NCBI RefSeq assembly: GCF_001194135.2
Contig: NC_068995.1
Span: 29,338,973-29,402,972, forward strand
Source of the DNA: Octopus bimaculoides
Taxonomy: Eukaryota
Direction: 5' to 3'
Length of the DNA stretch: 64,000 bases
A program made the translations under genes and the position numbers. Shown here piece after piece: positions 1-12,774 of this stretch (position 1 is the first letter of the stretch; the number at the start of each line of letters is the position of its first letter). The notes beneath the pieces were generated by a model. It did no database searches, had not been told where the DNA came from, and saw only the letters and a program-made list of their open reading frames with translations.

Positions 1-2072
1 TTGAGACGAAGTTTGTAATCTGATTCTTTGTTAGTAGTCTAGGTATGGTTCAGAATGATACATCTTGATTATTTTATTCTTTTGGAGGTAATGTCATTCA
101 GAAATAATTTCATGTAGGACGATACACAAGGTCCCTCCCTCACATCCTTTTTTGCTAAACTATGACAGTTTAAACATTTTTAATTCGAAACCTTCAAATT
201 AAGCTGTTTAATGGATATGGTCACTAATTTATAGAAGTTAACAAGCGAGCTTTTATTGACGTAATTCTTTCGATATTTCATTTGAAACAACCTGAATATT
301 AACAAATTCAGAAATATCGGAAACAGCCTTAATGCTTGGAAAATAAATCAACGTTCGTTGAGATTATTATAATATCAAGCAGATGTTTGTAATGTTTTCA
401 AGAAAAAATAGCGATAAAATTCATATTTCTCTCTTTGGACGCGAAACATAAACGGGATTGCATCTGGTTAAATCAATGGTTAGACTGCACTATGGACATT
501 TCAGTCGATACCGCTACTAATAGGTTTCCTGTACATTAGATGTTACCACACGTTAAATACACGCATTATTTAATTGAAGAGTCCTAGTAGGTCTAATACT
601 ATGACATACCGCAACCTTCTTCAACCATTTTTGTCATCAATACACAATAAGTAACATAATTTAAATTATTCAGAATGAAGGCTAATATATCTCTCTCTGA
701 TTCAAAATTCGACAAGGAATTATCATTCAAAATGTGTAAATCAATTGGATTGATTTTGAATAATTAAAATTCGAGAGAAAACAAATATCCTCATATAACA
801 ACCGTGTCTCATTTTCACCACCATCAATGTGATATAATGATAGACTGCAACTGTCGTGAGAAATCAATCTTGTACCATATACTGTGATTGTAATTGCTCT
901 AATAATGAGAAAAAGAATGCAAGAGAATTTAGAAGCGTTATGCATAAAATTTGCGAGAATAGAAACTGTATTTCAAGAGAGGCATCCCTCGAGATACGTC
1001 CACTTCAGTTTACGGGATTTCGCGTTTACATAATTTGTAAAGTATGACCAACAATTTCGTACTTACGGATTGGATAAATTTTAACAATTTAAAAACATTT
1101 TCTTCTTAACCAAAAGGCAATTTCTCAGTTATTTAGATGCTTCGTTGTACGGATGAAAGAGCGATTTCAATATTGTATTTTTTCTCAGCAAACCAAAAAT
1201 GGTCGAAACATATCTTTGACCTTTAGAGCAAAACATTTCAATTGTTTGTTTCTTTCTTATATATGTATGTGCGTATAATACAACGCGCACGCGCGCACGC
1301 TCGCGCACACACACACACACACGTAGACAAACACACACACTCACACACACACACACGTAGGCACAAACATACACACACATACACAAGATAGTATCACTTC
1401 TAGAAAACTGTATTCATCTCCGTATGAATAAACTATATAATTTCTTAAAGATAATTTCTTTGTGTTTCGTTTTGTACATTTGCGACATCATAACATTTAA
1501 ATTATGATTGATGATTGTTCTTTTTTCTCTATGTCAAGAATAGGTGATAAGTCATAAATCTTCGTATCTAGACTTCAGAAATGTTTTCCTCTGACAAACA
1601 ATACTTAATACTTAACATTTCTATATTAAAACTGATCTTTATTTACTGTGACATGTTAAGTTAAATATATCACCCGTTCTTACAATATACATACTTACCT
1701 ACAATCGTCTTCTTCGTGTACGTCGTCAATTTTGTCGCCGTCATCATCTTTTATAAACAGCACCATTGTTTGTCTTATTGAAGAAGAAAAGTACCAACAA
1801 AAGCAAAAGACGATTTATTTGTAACTTTAAATACAAGTCGGTGTATTTGCTGAAACCGTAAAGGAAAGAAGCATTGAGACTATTTCGTATCAGATATCTA
1901 TGTTCTGGTTTCCTATCCTGTTATTGGCGACATTGCATACTCGGTTTTAAGATCGATAAAATAAGTATAAAGCTTATGGACGAAATGAATTTGAAGTATT
2001 TTAAAATGAAGAATGGGCTTGCACATGACGAATCCCACTCGCTAAACGTATACATTTGTCCCAAATGATTAA

Positions 2073-2317
2073 CTAGTTTGCATCTATGGAGGTAAACGAA
2101 GTTGTTTTCCTTCTAGAAAGATGTCTAAACAGCTGTTGGATTGCCTTGACTCTAATGAGTTCATCCACCCTTTGACAGCTTTTCATATTCGTCCTGCAGA
2201 GTGTCGAACGAAAACCAACCGCCGTAGCTAGCAAGCAAGCTTGATAGTGTTGCCTATTCAATTGCCGATGGCCGAACCATGCGACAGCTTCTACTGGATT
2301 ACATGTTGCCAGTAGCA
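2073..2317 (-). CDS. Candidate terminal coding exon of an unidentified gene
   Basis: Pyrimidine-rich acceptor (tctctctcttag) after a (GT)n tract. It is followed by ~81 open codons (LLATCNPVEAVAWFGHRQLNRQHYQACLL...SFTSIDAN*) in GC-richer sequence, with AATAAA ~260 nt downstream on the minus strand. No family recognised. Confidence 0.25.
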
Positions 2318-2328
2318 CTAAGAGAGAG

Positions 2329-2390
<62 letters not shown>

Positions 2391-2538
2391 CACACACACG
2401 TTTCTGTGTGTGCATGTATGTATGTATGTTTTTTTTTTCTTCCTTTTATAATTATTTAAACTCTTCTTTTGAAGAAGGAGCTGGTTTCTAACAAAAATAC
2501 AATTCGCCATCGTTGGAATAGAGATAACGAAAACAGCG

Positions 2539-2730
2539 TCACATTTTAAACCCGAGAAAAGTCTCGCATAGTTTTACTGTCCCGCTCGCAGATTGTATTT
2601 GTAATGTGCAAGTCAGGTGGCTGTTTTCTTTTTCTGAAAATCCAGGCTTATCCAGACTGACAGTTGGGCATTTACTTACAATACTAAGAGCTCCAGTTAT
2701 TAATGTTATAAATGTAAATTTATAATCCAT
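2539..2730 (-). mobile_element. R4/Dong-type non-LTR retrotransposon, 3' end of restriction-like endonuclease (REL)
   Basis: Translation ...FITLITGALSIVSKC...LDKPGFSEKE...LQIQSASGTVKLCETFLGFKM* is clearly homologous to the REL C-terminus at 53477-54007. Confidence 0.8.
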
Positions 2731-4165
2731 GTACGTATGTATGTATGCATGTATGTATATATATATGTGTGTGTGTATGCATGTATGTATATGTATGTAT
2801 GTATGTACATATGCGCATATATATGCGCACATATGCACGCAATTACATGAATGCATGTGTATGTAGCGTCATTTGGTTTGTAATGACTATATTGTTTTAT
2901 ACGTACACACATATACGTATTAATTATGTTCAAGGAGTACGAAAAATATTACGTAGGCTAAGAAACAAAGAAGAAGAAAAGTTGATTTTGTATTTTCAAT
3001 GAATCATCATTTTCTTTTAACAAGACGCAAAGTGCAATGCATTTTAGGAAATGGCAAACTGAGACTTTCATTTCAGTAGGTTCTTACTACTTAATATCAC
3101 AATTGGGGGTGAAACTTTCTCTACTGTGAATTGAAACCAGGTTGTAGTCCCAAGCCAGTGGGAGTTTTTCTCTGATTCTACACTGCTCGTCGCATATTCA
3201 AAAATGTCATTCATTGGCTATGTGAACTTTATATAAATGTGTGCATGTGTATTTAGATAAATATAGAAATATGCGTCCGCACTCAAATGTAAATATGTGT
3301 AATACACACACGCACACGCACACACACATATACACATACACACATACACACACAAAAGAGTTATGTATACAAATACAAGCAAATGCATTCACAAAGACAA
3401 ACACAAACACAGGCAAGCATACACACATAAATACATGCACGCACGCTCACATATGGACGCGGGCACGCACGCACATAATCTCGCGCGCGCGCACGCACAC
3501 ACACAATCACACACAAACACACACATACACACACAAACACACACATACACACACAAACACACACACACGCACACATATATATCAATGAACAATTTGGGCG
3601 TCCGTATATGATTGTAAGAATGCTAATTTTTGAAGAAGTATGTTTGTAGTTATATATAGGTGTGTGTTATATGTCTAACTATAAATCTGTGTCAGATATG
3701 GTGAAATGTCTTCTGCTATAAAACCAACTCAATGGGATTCCGCATTAAACGTCATGTGGCTGATGTCTGCGACAAGTGTTGGACTTAATTACAGAATTCA
3801 AAATAGAAATGAAATTACGTCTTACTGTGTGACATTAAATCATCCATCATACTACAAAAATACATACCCATAGGTGTACATACATACATACGCATATGTG
3901 GATATATGTCTGTGTGCATAGAGTGACATGTATAGTCAAATATACAATTATAGGAATATAACTACATATCCCTATGTACAATAATATATATATGAATCTC
4001 TCTCTCTCTCTCTCCTTCTCTGTCTACATCTCTCTTTCTATACATACATATGTGTATATACATATGAGTATATATATNNNNNNNNNNNNNNNNNNNNNNN
4101 NNNNNNNNNNNNNNNNNNNNNNNNNNNNNNNNNNNNNNNNNNNNNNNNNNNNTATATATATATTC

Positions 4166-4500
4166 AGCAAAGTAGCTAGTTATAAAATCTCAAGAAGAGA
4201 TAGAGTAGTAACGTATACTAAACAGTAAAGCGAGTAGCCACATCAAAGTGGTAGATGAATGCTACTGCTAGTTTGACCCCAGGCGGATTCACCACCAGCT
4301 GGTTTTCGGTGCAAGCTCTGCACCCTTTATATACAATATATCACTAGCGGGGGTGGGGGCGAACCCCTACTAACCCCACCAGCTGACAAGATCGCGGCAC
4401 CGGCCAGTTTCGAGCTATTTGGTTCACATCAGCCGCGCGCACCTGTGCAGTGGAGTGATAGCTAAGATCCGTTTTGCCAGCGATATGAACGCTAAAATAT
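4166..4500 (-). mobile_element. Retrozyme-like HHR repeat, copy A (circularly permuted monomer)
   Basis: Aligns by eye to the copies at 8635, 28052 and 54980. It starts upstream of the hammerhead and runs into the start of the next monomer, and ends at a (TA)n tract and gap. Confidence 0.8.
4392..4438 (-). ncRNA. Degenerate type I hammerhead ribozyme
   Basis: Minus strand reads cgcgg CTGATG tgaaccaaatagctc GAAAC tggccg GTG ccgcg. Stem I is intact, but the core has lost A9 and the cleavage triplet is GUG, so it is probably inactive. Confidence 0.7.
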
Positions 4501-4574
4501 CGTTATGTCTTCACTAAAACTTCTATTGGATGATAAAAGCAACGATCGTGGTGAAGAGCTACGACAAAGCATGA

Positions 4575-4877
4575 ATCAACCCCAATACTTAATTCTTTAA
4601 AGCCTGGCACTTATTCTATCGGTCTCTATTGCCGAAACGCTAAGTTACGAGGACGTTAGCACACCAACACCGGTTGTCAAGCAATGGTGGGTGACAAAGG
4701 AACACACGCACATATACTCACACATTTATACGACGGGCTTCATTTAGTTTTCATCTACCAAGTCCATTCACAGGACTTTGGTCGGCCCGAGGCTATAGTA
4801 GAAGATACTTGCCCGAGGTAACCACGCAGTTTGAACCCGGAACCATATGGCTGACAAGCAAACTTCTTATCACACAG
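4575..4877 (-). mobile_element. tRNA-derived SINE (family 2)
   Basis: Minus-strand tRNA-like head (ggttccgggttcaaac), core cctcgggcaagtatcttctactatagcc, and a tail shared with 15520-15686 and 31560-31985. Confidence 0.85.
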
Positions 4878-5545
4878 TGATCACGTTTTGGATTTTGCGT
4901 CAGATCCAAAATTTGTAGTTCTTCTCGAATTGATTCCCTTCAACAGAACACTGTTGCCCTCAGAATGTATTCATCCAAAATGTGGTCGCACTGAAACTTT
5001 TTCCAGGATGGTGTTAATGAGATGAACAGCTGCAAATGTGGATTAAAATAATTAGATCGGATCATGAATCGTTATCTAGTTCTAATGTGTATGGTGCACC
5101 GTTCAAATCTAGGCTATTTAACGATCGCTGTGTTAGACATCTGTGATTGGATTCGGCCCGACTCATCTTGTGTGGACGTCGACACAAGTACAGGACTCAC
5201 ATTGAAATCCACACGCATACGTGAGCACGCATGCGCAAACATGTGCACGCACGCACATGCCCGTGTACGCACGCGCACACATGCACGCACAAAATGCATT
5301 CGCAAAAATATGCACTTATAAACATACTCACCTTTACAAATTCAAGTATATTCTCTCACACACACGCACATAACTATACTCAGACACCATATAGATGTTC
5401 ATTCGAATGCTTAAAGATATACACTCATACATACACTCATACATACACACGTCAGCTGGTAGGGCCTTTGGCTGTCAATAGTATTGGTGTAAAACAACAT
5501 ATCAGTGTGTGTTTCTCTGTGCGTGTGTATGTGTGTGTGCGTGTG

Positions 5546-5588
<43 letters not shown>

Positions 5589-5797
5589 ATGTGTGTGTCT
5601 GTATGTGCGTGTGTGTGCCTGTGTGTGTATGTGTGTGTGCGTGCGCACCATATTCGGTCACATTTCTATGATCCGTACATAACTTCTGCTGGTTTCCAAG
5701 GCACAATGTAGTCTACACTTGAACTTGTCATGTACGGAATATCTTTAAAATATTAATAGCAAAATGGTGAGAAATAAATTGGAATCTTTTCTTTCAG

Positions 5798-5876
5798 GCG
5801 ATATATAGGGCACTTTCATGAAACAGGTGGCCGAAATCCACCTAATGATGTTTATCTGGGCGAGATTACAGAGGAA
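5798..5876 (+). CDS. Candidate internal exon (RYIGHFHETGGRNPPNDVYLGEITEE)
   Basis: Strong acceptor atcttttctttcag|G. The +1 frame is open and protein-like, with a GT donor at 5877 or a stop at 5880-5882. Family not recognised. Confidence 0.3.
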
Positions 5877-6166
5877 GTATAGGTAGTATATATGGCAGTT
5901 GGGGGAGTTAAAGGTTTCCATTTTCAATATGCTAGAGGTTAAACAAGATATCTTTATTTTCCCACTTTCTTTCGTTCTTTCTTCTTTCCTCTGTTGTTTC
6001 TTATTTTTGTTATTTATATGTGTGTACATGTGTTTATTTATTTATCTGTCATTCTTATTTACAAGTAAGAAATCTTTCTGACACACAATCACCCATATAT
6101 ATAAATACATACATTATATATATATGTGTGTGTGTGTGTGGGTGTGGGTGTGTGGGTGTGTGTATG

Positions 6167-6197
<31 letters not shown>

Positions 6198-8082
6198 ATA
6201 TATGTATATATGTATGTATGTATACACACACACACTCACGCAGACATAAATATACAAATGTCTTAATAGTATATTAGATACTTGAGCATACATATATACA
6301 TATAATGATATATGTGTGTGTGAGTACGCCTATGTATGTATGTATGTATGTATGTATGAGTATACACGTGTGTTTATATGTAAATGGATCAAATAGAAGA
6401 AAATGGCATATTCTTTTGGGCTGTTTTGGGGCATATACTTACAGTTTTGTCATTAGCCTAATAAATACCTTCAGCCAGACTAATATAGCATCAAAATCTT
6501 GTTCTAGTGAAAGACATTTCGTACATAGGCATTAATTTGTACGTCGGTAGTCATAGGAAAAGAAATGCTGGATCTTACTCATCTAGTTTATAAAAGTCTG
6601 TATAATTCTCCTGATATGTTTACAGCATTATTCGAAGTTGCTTCTCAATAAGATAACCTTGCTGATCACTTAACGCCTTCAGTCCCCGTTAATAAGATTA
6701 GTATGGCAAGCTAACAATACTTATCTTATTTGCTTGAAGTTTGATCTCTGGTTCGCTTTATGTACTCACACAACAACAACGTAAAACAATGTAGTATAAT
6801 TTTATTCTTAAGACAAATGATACTTTTTCTTTGTCTTTGGAATGGAGGTAAAGGCACGGCGGGGTTGACTACAACGCACACGGACACATACACGCAAACA
6901 TACACACACACTTTTGGATCCATATTTATGCACAACACAACGTGAATCAGAAGAATCTAATAATGATTCTGTTTGTTTCTCTGTTACTTAGCCCGCCCGT
7001 AACACTTTCACCTAATTAGTTAAAGAGGAGGAGAAGAGAGAGGTGGTGGTGAGTGAAATGAGCAATCTTTTTTTAATAAGTATTTTTCTCCGTTACTTAG
7101 CTCGTCTTCAACGCTTTCATGTGACTAGTTGAAGGGGAAAGTGAAGAGCTAGAGCAAAAGAGGAAGAAAGGAGATAGAGAAAAAGGGGGTAAGGCAAAGA
7201 GTGAGAGAGAAAGAGGGAGAGTGTTGTGCATTAAGTCTATAAAACTGTGCATAAAGTTTATAAAGTGTATATATAAAGTGCAATAAGTAATCATCGTATT
7301 TCAATTTCGTTCACTTTTCAATGAGTAGCAGACGAGCGACTATCTTTCCATACAGACACAACACAGGCTACGCTCTCAAGACTTTTGGATAAAGTTTTCA
7401 GAAATAACCCAATAAGTTTACCATTATTTCTGTGAAATGAGCAAGGATCTCGCTAGTTGAAATAAATCTAAGTATTAGAATCCTGGCTATGAGTGAAATA
7501 TATGAATGGAAAGAGATTTCTTCTATATTTTTTTATGTACAAAAAGAAAAGAGTGTAGTGTGTGCGTGTATGCGTTTGGCTCTGCAGTCGGACCATCTTA
7601 TGGTCTATTCACGACTCCTGAGAGACGTACCCAGTTTCTTTCTCTAATCAATAGCGTAGAATATTCATCTGCTATAAAATATAGTCATAAAATAGGTTAT
7701 CACCACAGTTGAAGGCTTAATTTGCATATTTGTGCTTTTGACTGGTTGACATTAATCAAACAATAATTAAATTTTTTATGCACAGCACCGTGAGAATCAG
7801 AAGGATTGAAATATACTTAAATATTAGAAAGCCTGACAATGGGAGAAATATAAACATATAAACATTAATTCTATGTCTTTATTGTGCGAGTATCCTGATG
7901 GACCGTTTCATTGCCAGTTTCCTGCTCCTCATCACTTACCTTATTGAATCAACACCATAGAATATCCACTTACCATATACATCTATAAATTAGACTACAT
8001 TATGGACGTTAGTTGACTAGGTATCTCGCCATCTTCTTTCGCAAGACGAGAAAGGTACATACATAAATGTACACAAGTCATT

Positions 8083-8395
8083 ATTACTTATGTCAGAAAG
8101 TTTGGTTGTACTGACCTATTCAATATCTTTACTTATAATCCAAAATGGACTGAAATAGAGGCTGGATTATTCCAAGGTCAACAAACTCAGCATCAGCATA
8201 ATGTTGTCACAAGGGTTTTCCTTGGAAGTTAATTAAAAACTAAAAACGTTGTTATTGAAAGGATTGATGTTCGGAAATTGTTGGTGTTTCATGTGTTTTA
8301 TGAAATACCGGAAACGTGGCTAATTCCATTCTCACCTATTGTCTAGGTTGGAAGAAAAGATTCGTGGAGCTGAAATTGATGATATTCTATCAACT
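8083..8395 (+). mobile_element. Helitron Rep (HUH) domain fragment, degraded
   Basis: Translation ITYVRKFGCTDLFNIFTYNPKWTEIEAGLFQGQQ...VVTRVF...KRG*FHSH...EIDDI matches Helitron Rep motifs (YG.PDLFITFTCNPKW.EI; QKRGLPH.H). Confidence 0.8.
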
Positions 8396-8634
8396 ATTTA
8401 TCGAATAATCTTTTCTTGGTAACGACTTCGACTGTGCTCTCCATGAGATTTTGAAGAGGCGTATGGTTTATGAGCCTTGAGAAATTTGAAACTGATAATC
8501 TCTTTACATAAAAAGTAATAAAAAAGTTCATTGTGCAAAATATTGACAAAAAAAGTTCATTGTGCAGAATATTCGCAAATGTCTCACAGAGATATCACAT
8601 ATCTCTCAGAGATATGCTAAGCATATCTCTGCTA

Positions 8635-8880
8635 GAGATATACTTTATATAAAGGGTGCAGAACTTGCACCGAAAACCTGTTGGTGGAGAATCTACCTGC
8701 GGTTAAACGAGTCGCAACATTCATCAGTCACTTTGATGTGGTTACTCGATTTACTGTTTAGCATACGTTACTACTCTATCTCTTCTTGAGATTTTATAAC
8801 TAGCTATTTTGCTTGTTGCAAATCAGTGACCGATGGTCACTTTGTTTACAATATATCGCTGTGAGCTGAATGAATTAGTG
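8635..8880 (+). mobile_element. Retrozyme-like repeat, copy B (truncated before the HHR)
   Basis: tatataaagggtgcagaacttgcaccgaaaacc...agtgaccgatggtcact...caatatatcgct is homologous to the first two-thirds of the monomer at 28056-28415. Confidence 0.8.
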
Positions 8881-9619
8881 AGCTGAATAAAGTCAAAACA
8901 AGAATTGACGCGTTCGACTACGAGAGCCCACTAAGACAGAGCGGTCAGGTTTTTCAGATGAAAGAGTAATGTCCGTTGAAGCAATTTTGCTCCTAGCTTA
9001 AAGACAAACGGATTTGATTGGATAGTTATCAGAGAAGGAGTTGCAACTTTCAGAGTTAATATATGCGCTGATCAGGGCGTGGAGTAGAAAACCAGTGGCA
9101 ACTTAAGCCTGATTCACCACATCAAATACTTGTCTTGAATGCGGAAGAACTCTCAAAGCCAAAAATGAACACATAAGTCACCTGGGACTCGAGAAATCGA
9201 TGAGCAGAACGAAGCAATCATGATAGACCTGAAGGAATGTCACATTTCTAGGAATTTTGGCTTGGTTCAAAGAAAAAATTTCATTTCTGAACGGGTTTTT
9301 CTTCAGATGAAAAGAAACTTGTATTATCTTGTGACTTACAAGTTTTGGGTAACAAAAAAAAGTATTTGAAGGCAGTGATTTACAGTATTTTCCTTTTCCA
9401 CTAATAGACTTCTGACTCTTTAACTTACAAATTAAATTGCTTATCAGTTCTGTTAAATTCTGAAGTAGCATCAATCAAAGTTCTCTACGGTTTCACTACC
9501 ATGTGAAATGTGAAATATTTTCGGGTCGCCTCTTAGGCAAATTACTCTCAGTTTTCCATTTGTACTGCCTTTTCAACATTTCAATTTTCACTATAATCTT
9601 TGGGATCTAAAGAGCACTC

Positions 9620-9881
9620 CATCGGTTACCACGACGCGTGTCCCAGCTGATACCATCAACGGAACAGCATGCTCGTGAAATCAATGTGATTCAGCGTGAC
9701 ACAGAGTGTGACAAGGCTTGCTCTTTTAAATACAGGTACTACTCATTTTTGCCAGCTGAGTGGACTGGAGCAACGTGAAATAAAGTGTCTTGCTCAAGGA
9801 CATAACGCGTCGCCGGGAATTGAACTCACGACTTTACGATCGTGAGCCGAATGCCCCAACAACTAAGCCACGCACCTTCAC
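9620..9881 (-). mobile_element. tRNA-derived SINE (family 3, CORE/MESC-like central domain)
   Basis: A/B-box head gtggcttagttgttgg...gagttcaattcccgg, core tgtccttgagcaagacactttatttcacgttgctccagtccactcagctgg. Homologous to 57975-58228 and 25610-25745. Confidence 0.85.
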
Positions 9882-10454
9882 AATCTTTGATATAGTTGAA
9901 CAGGATAAAGCAAACTTTCTAGGTACTTTCGTATTTAATATTCCTTCTTAGATAATTTGCAAGATCCGATCTGTCAACATTCCACTCACAAGAGTATTAT
10001 GTTTACAATCCGAGTCAGAATGAAATCATTTGTTTCTTACCTGATATACTGTGTTTTTCTATTATTGCTCCCTGAAATTGCTTTTTGATGCAGTTTGATT
10101 CAGTAACGCCATTTTATAACTAATTTATTTTGCGAATTGACATTTTAATATGACGTTGCCATATTTATTTTCAGGCTTTTGACATGCTGTTATATATAGC
10201 GGAAATTAGATAGATGTAAATTCATAGATGGATGGATGGATGGATGGATGGATGGATGGATAAGTAGATCAGAAGATAACAATTTTATATTAAAACAAGT
10301 AAATTGCAGGCCTGCGAGTTACTTTTAGAACATATACAAACATTAATGCACAAATGTAAATTAGTTCATTCGTAGACAACTTCTCGTCTTTTGGCAATCT
10401 TTTTTTCACAGTATCGTCACAGCCACTTGGTTTAAAATGTCTTCTGCCAATATT

Positions 10455-10612
10455 CATTTCATGTCTAGTAGTAGTATTTCGTCCGTCTTTACGTTCTAAG
10501 TTCAAGTGCCGCCGGGTCGGTATAATAAGTACCAGTTGCATACTAGGGTCGATGTAATCGACTTGCCTCCGCCACCGAAATTGCTGGCCTTGTGCCAAAA
10601 TTTGAAACCAAT
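10455..10612 (+). mobile_element. tRNA-derived SINE (family 1, Nin/Deu-like domain), internally deleted
   Basis: gtatttcgtccgtctttacgttctaagttcaa...ataagtaccagttg...gggtcgatgtaatcgac...gctggccttgtgccaaaatttgaaacc. Confidence 0.8.
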
Positions 10613-12559
10613 ATTCATTTCATGTTACCTTCTTCTCTTCCTCCTGTATATTTGACTTTCCTTCCTTGCATTTTCGCACTTTGTCTTTCACCTTTCCAGA
10701 GTCAAAAGTGCAAGTCAACTACATGCATCGATACCGCTCTTTCTTCCTTTCTTCCTCTTTTTCTTCCTTCTTCCCTCCTTCCTCCTCCCTTCCTCCCTCC
10801 CTTGCTTTCTCCTTTTCTCTACGTATGTTAGTGTGTACGTTTGGCAGTGTGTGTGCAGCGCAAGCATGTGTGTCCCTGTTGATTGTTCTCGGAATCGGCT
10901 AGCTCGCTCCGTAAGAATGGTTATGGGAGACCACTCCTTTTCTTCAGAAATGGAAACCGTTGAGCGAGGGCCTATCCCCACTACATAGAAAAACCGTTTT
11001 GCTACTACAACCATGCAATAACCGAATTACTGTAGAACTGCGGAGAACAGGGATGAAGAGAGTAACTGACATCAAATGGTTTGTAAATGCTTGTATTATT
11101 GTCTTTTAAACCCAGGTCAACTTTGGTCGAGTGGATCCATGATTACATTCAAGCCGTGACCATCTCGTCTTTTCCGGCAGTTCATTTGAGACATTAAATA
11201 TGTTCATTATTAAATGAAATTTGAGGGTAGCCTGGCTACTATTTCTAGGAGACTAAACGACCATTGAAAGGCTTTCTCATATATGTGTGTGTTTATGTGT
11301 GCATGTATGGTGTGTGTATGCGTGTGTGTTTATGAAGAAGTATGTGTATGGGTATTTAAAAGGAAATGTATATTTATGCTCATGTGTTATTTGTATACGT
11401 GGGGGTGGTGTATGCGCGTAACAGTATGTGTATGTGCGCGTGTGTGAACATGTGAATGCAATTTTGTGTCTATATGTATTTGCTTAAGTGTATATGCGTT
11501 TATGTATATTTGTTCGAGAGTCGTCTGCAATTGAATTCCTAAATATAAATGTTGACAGAATTCTTGCCATTGCATATTTGTTTCCCTTTCGTTTAGAATA
11601 AAATATAAACAATAACAACTAAATATAGCAACAATATTAATAAAAACAAAAAAGATAAGTAACAACAGTTACTGAACAACAGCAACGGAATCATTTTCAA
11701 AGACATATTGTTGACAGTTGAACATGAAGATGAATAAAACATGTACAAGTGGTGTCTTCTAGTAATGTAAAAGAGAGAGAGGGGAGAAGAGAGAGTAATA
11801 TAGGAAAGAGAAAGACAGAATGAAAATGTAAGAGAAAGAAAGGAAGAGGAGTGAGCGTGGAGAAAAGGATATAAAAAGAGAAAGAATGAGTCAGAAATAG
11901 TCTAAAAGAGAGACAGAAAAAGTGAAAGGAGAAAAAGACTGATAGAAGGAGAAAGGAAGATTCGGCTAAGAGAGACAGAGACAGAGGCAGAGAGATAGAG
12001 AGATAGAGAGACAGAGACAGAGGAAGAAACAGAGGGGGAGAGACGACTGGGTATTTTCTCGCCATCATTCGGTCATCTCCGCCTCCGATATCCGTGATGT
12101 CTTTCACCTCTTTGTCCCATTACCACCCTTTTTTTATAAGGCAAACCGAAGGAATGTTGCTCGCAGCCATATTTTTTAACTCGACTCTAAAAGAATTCTT
12201 CTATGTTACATCTCTTTTACAATTCGTTCTTTTTCTCTTTTTTTTATGAGTCGTTATTTTTTCATCGTCTTGTCTTTGCCTTTTCTTTTTCTTCCTTTCC
12301 GTTTATTCCATATATTTCCCTTGGTTATTTTAGATTTTTTTTCCTTTCAAAATACTTTTTTTTATCTTTCTTTTTTTTCGATTTTCAAAATATTTACTTT
12401 CACTTCCTCACTTCTAAAAAGAAACTCACGCAATTCCCGCTCTTCACCTTCTCTGCTCCACTGCTTAAATAACCTTCAATCAGAACGTGTCTCTTTCATT
12501 TTGCTAATGGATTCCTTTCTCTGGTTTTCTATTTATTTGTGTACTTATATTCGTTGCTT

Positions 12560-12596
<37 letters not shown>

Positions 12597-12774
12597 CGTT
12601 GAAATTGCTGATAATGATGACTGATGTTGATGGGAATTGGTGATGATGATGATGATGATAAAGATGATATATAATTGATGGTAATAAAGATGATGATTGA
12701 TGACAATAGGGATTATTGTTGTTGTTGTTGCTCTTACTGGTCTTATTATTAGCCCACCAGTGTTTATGAAATAA

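Noticed and set aside
1900-1950. Signal-peptide-like MFWFPILLLATLHTR that is phase-compatible with the 5798 candidate exon
   Set aside because: The donor (GTTTTA) is weak and the ORF is short enough to be chance.
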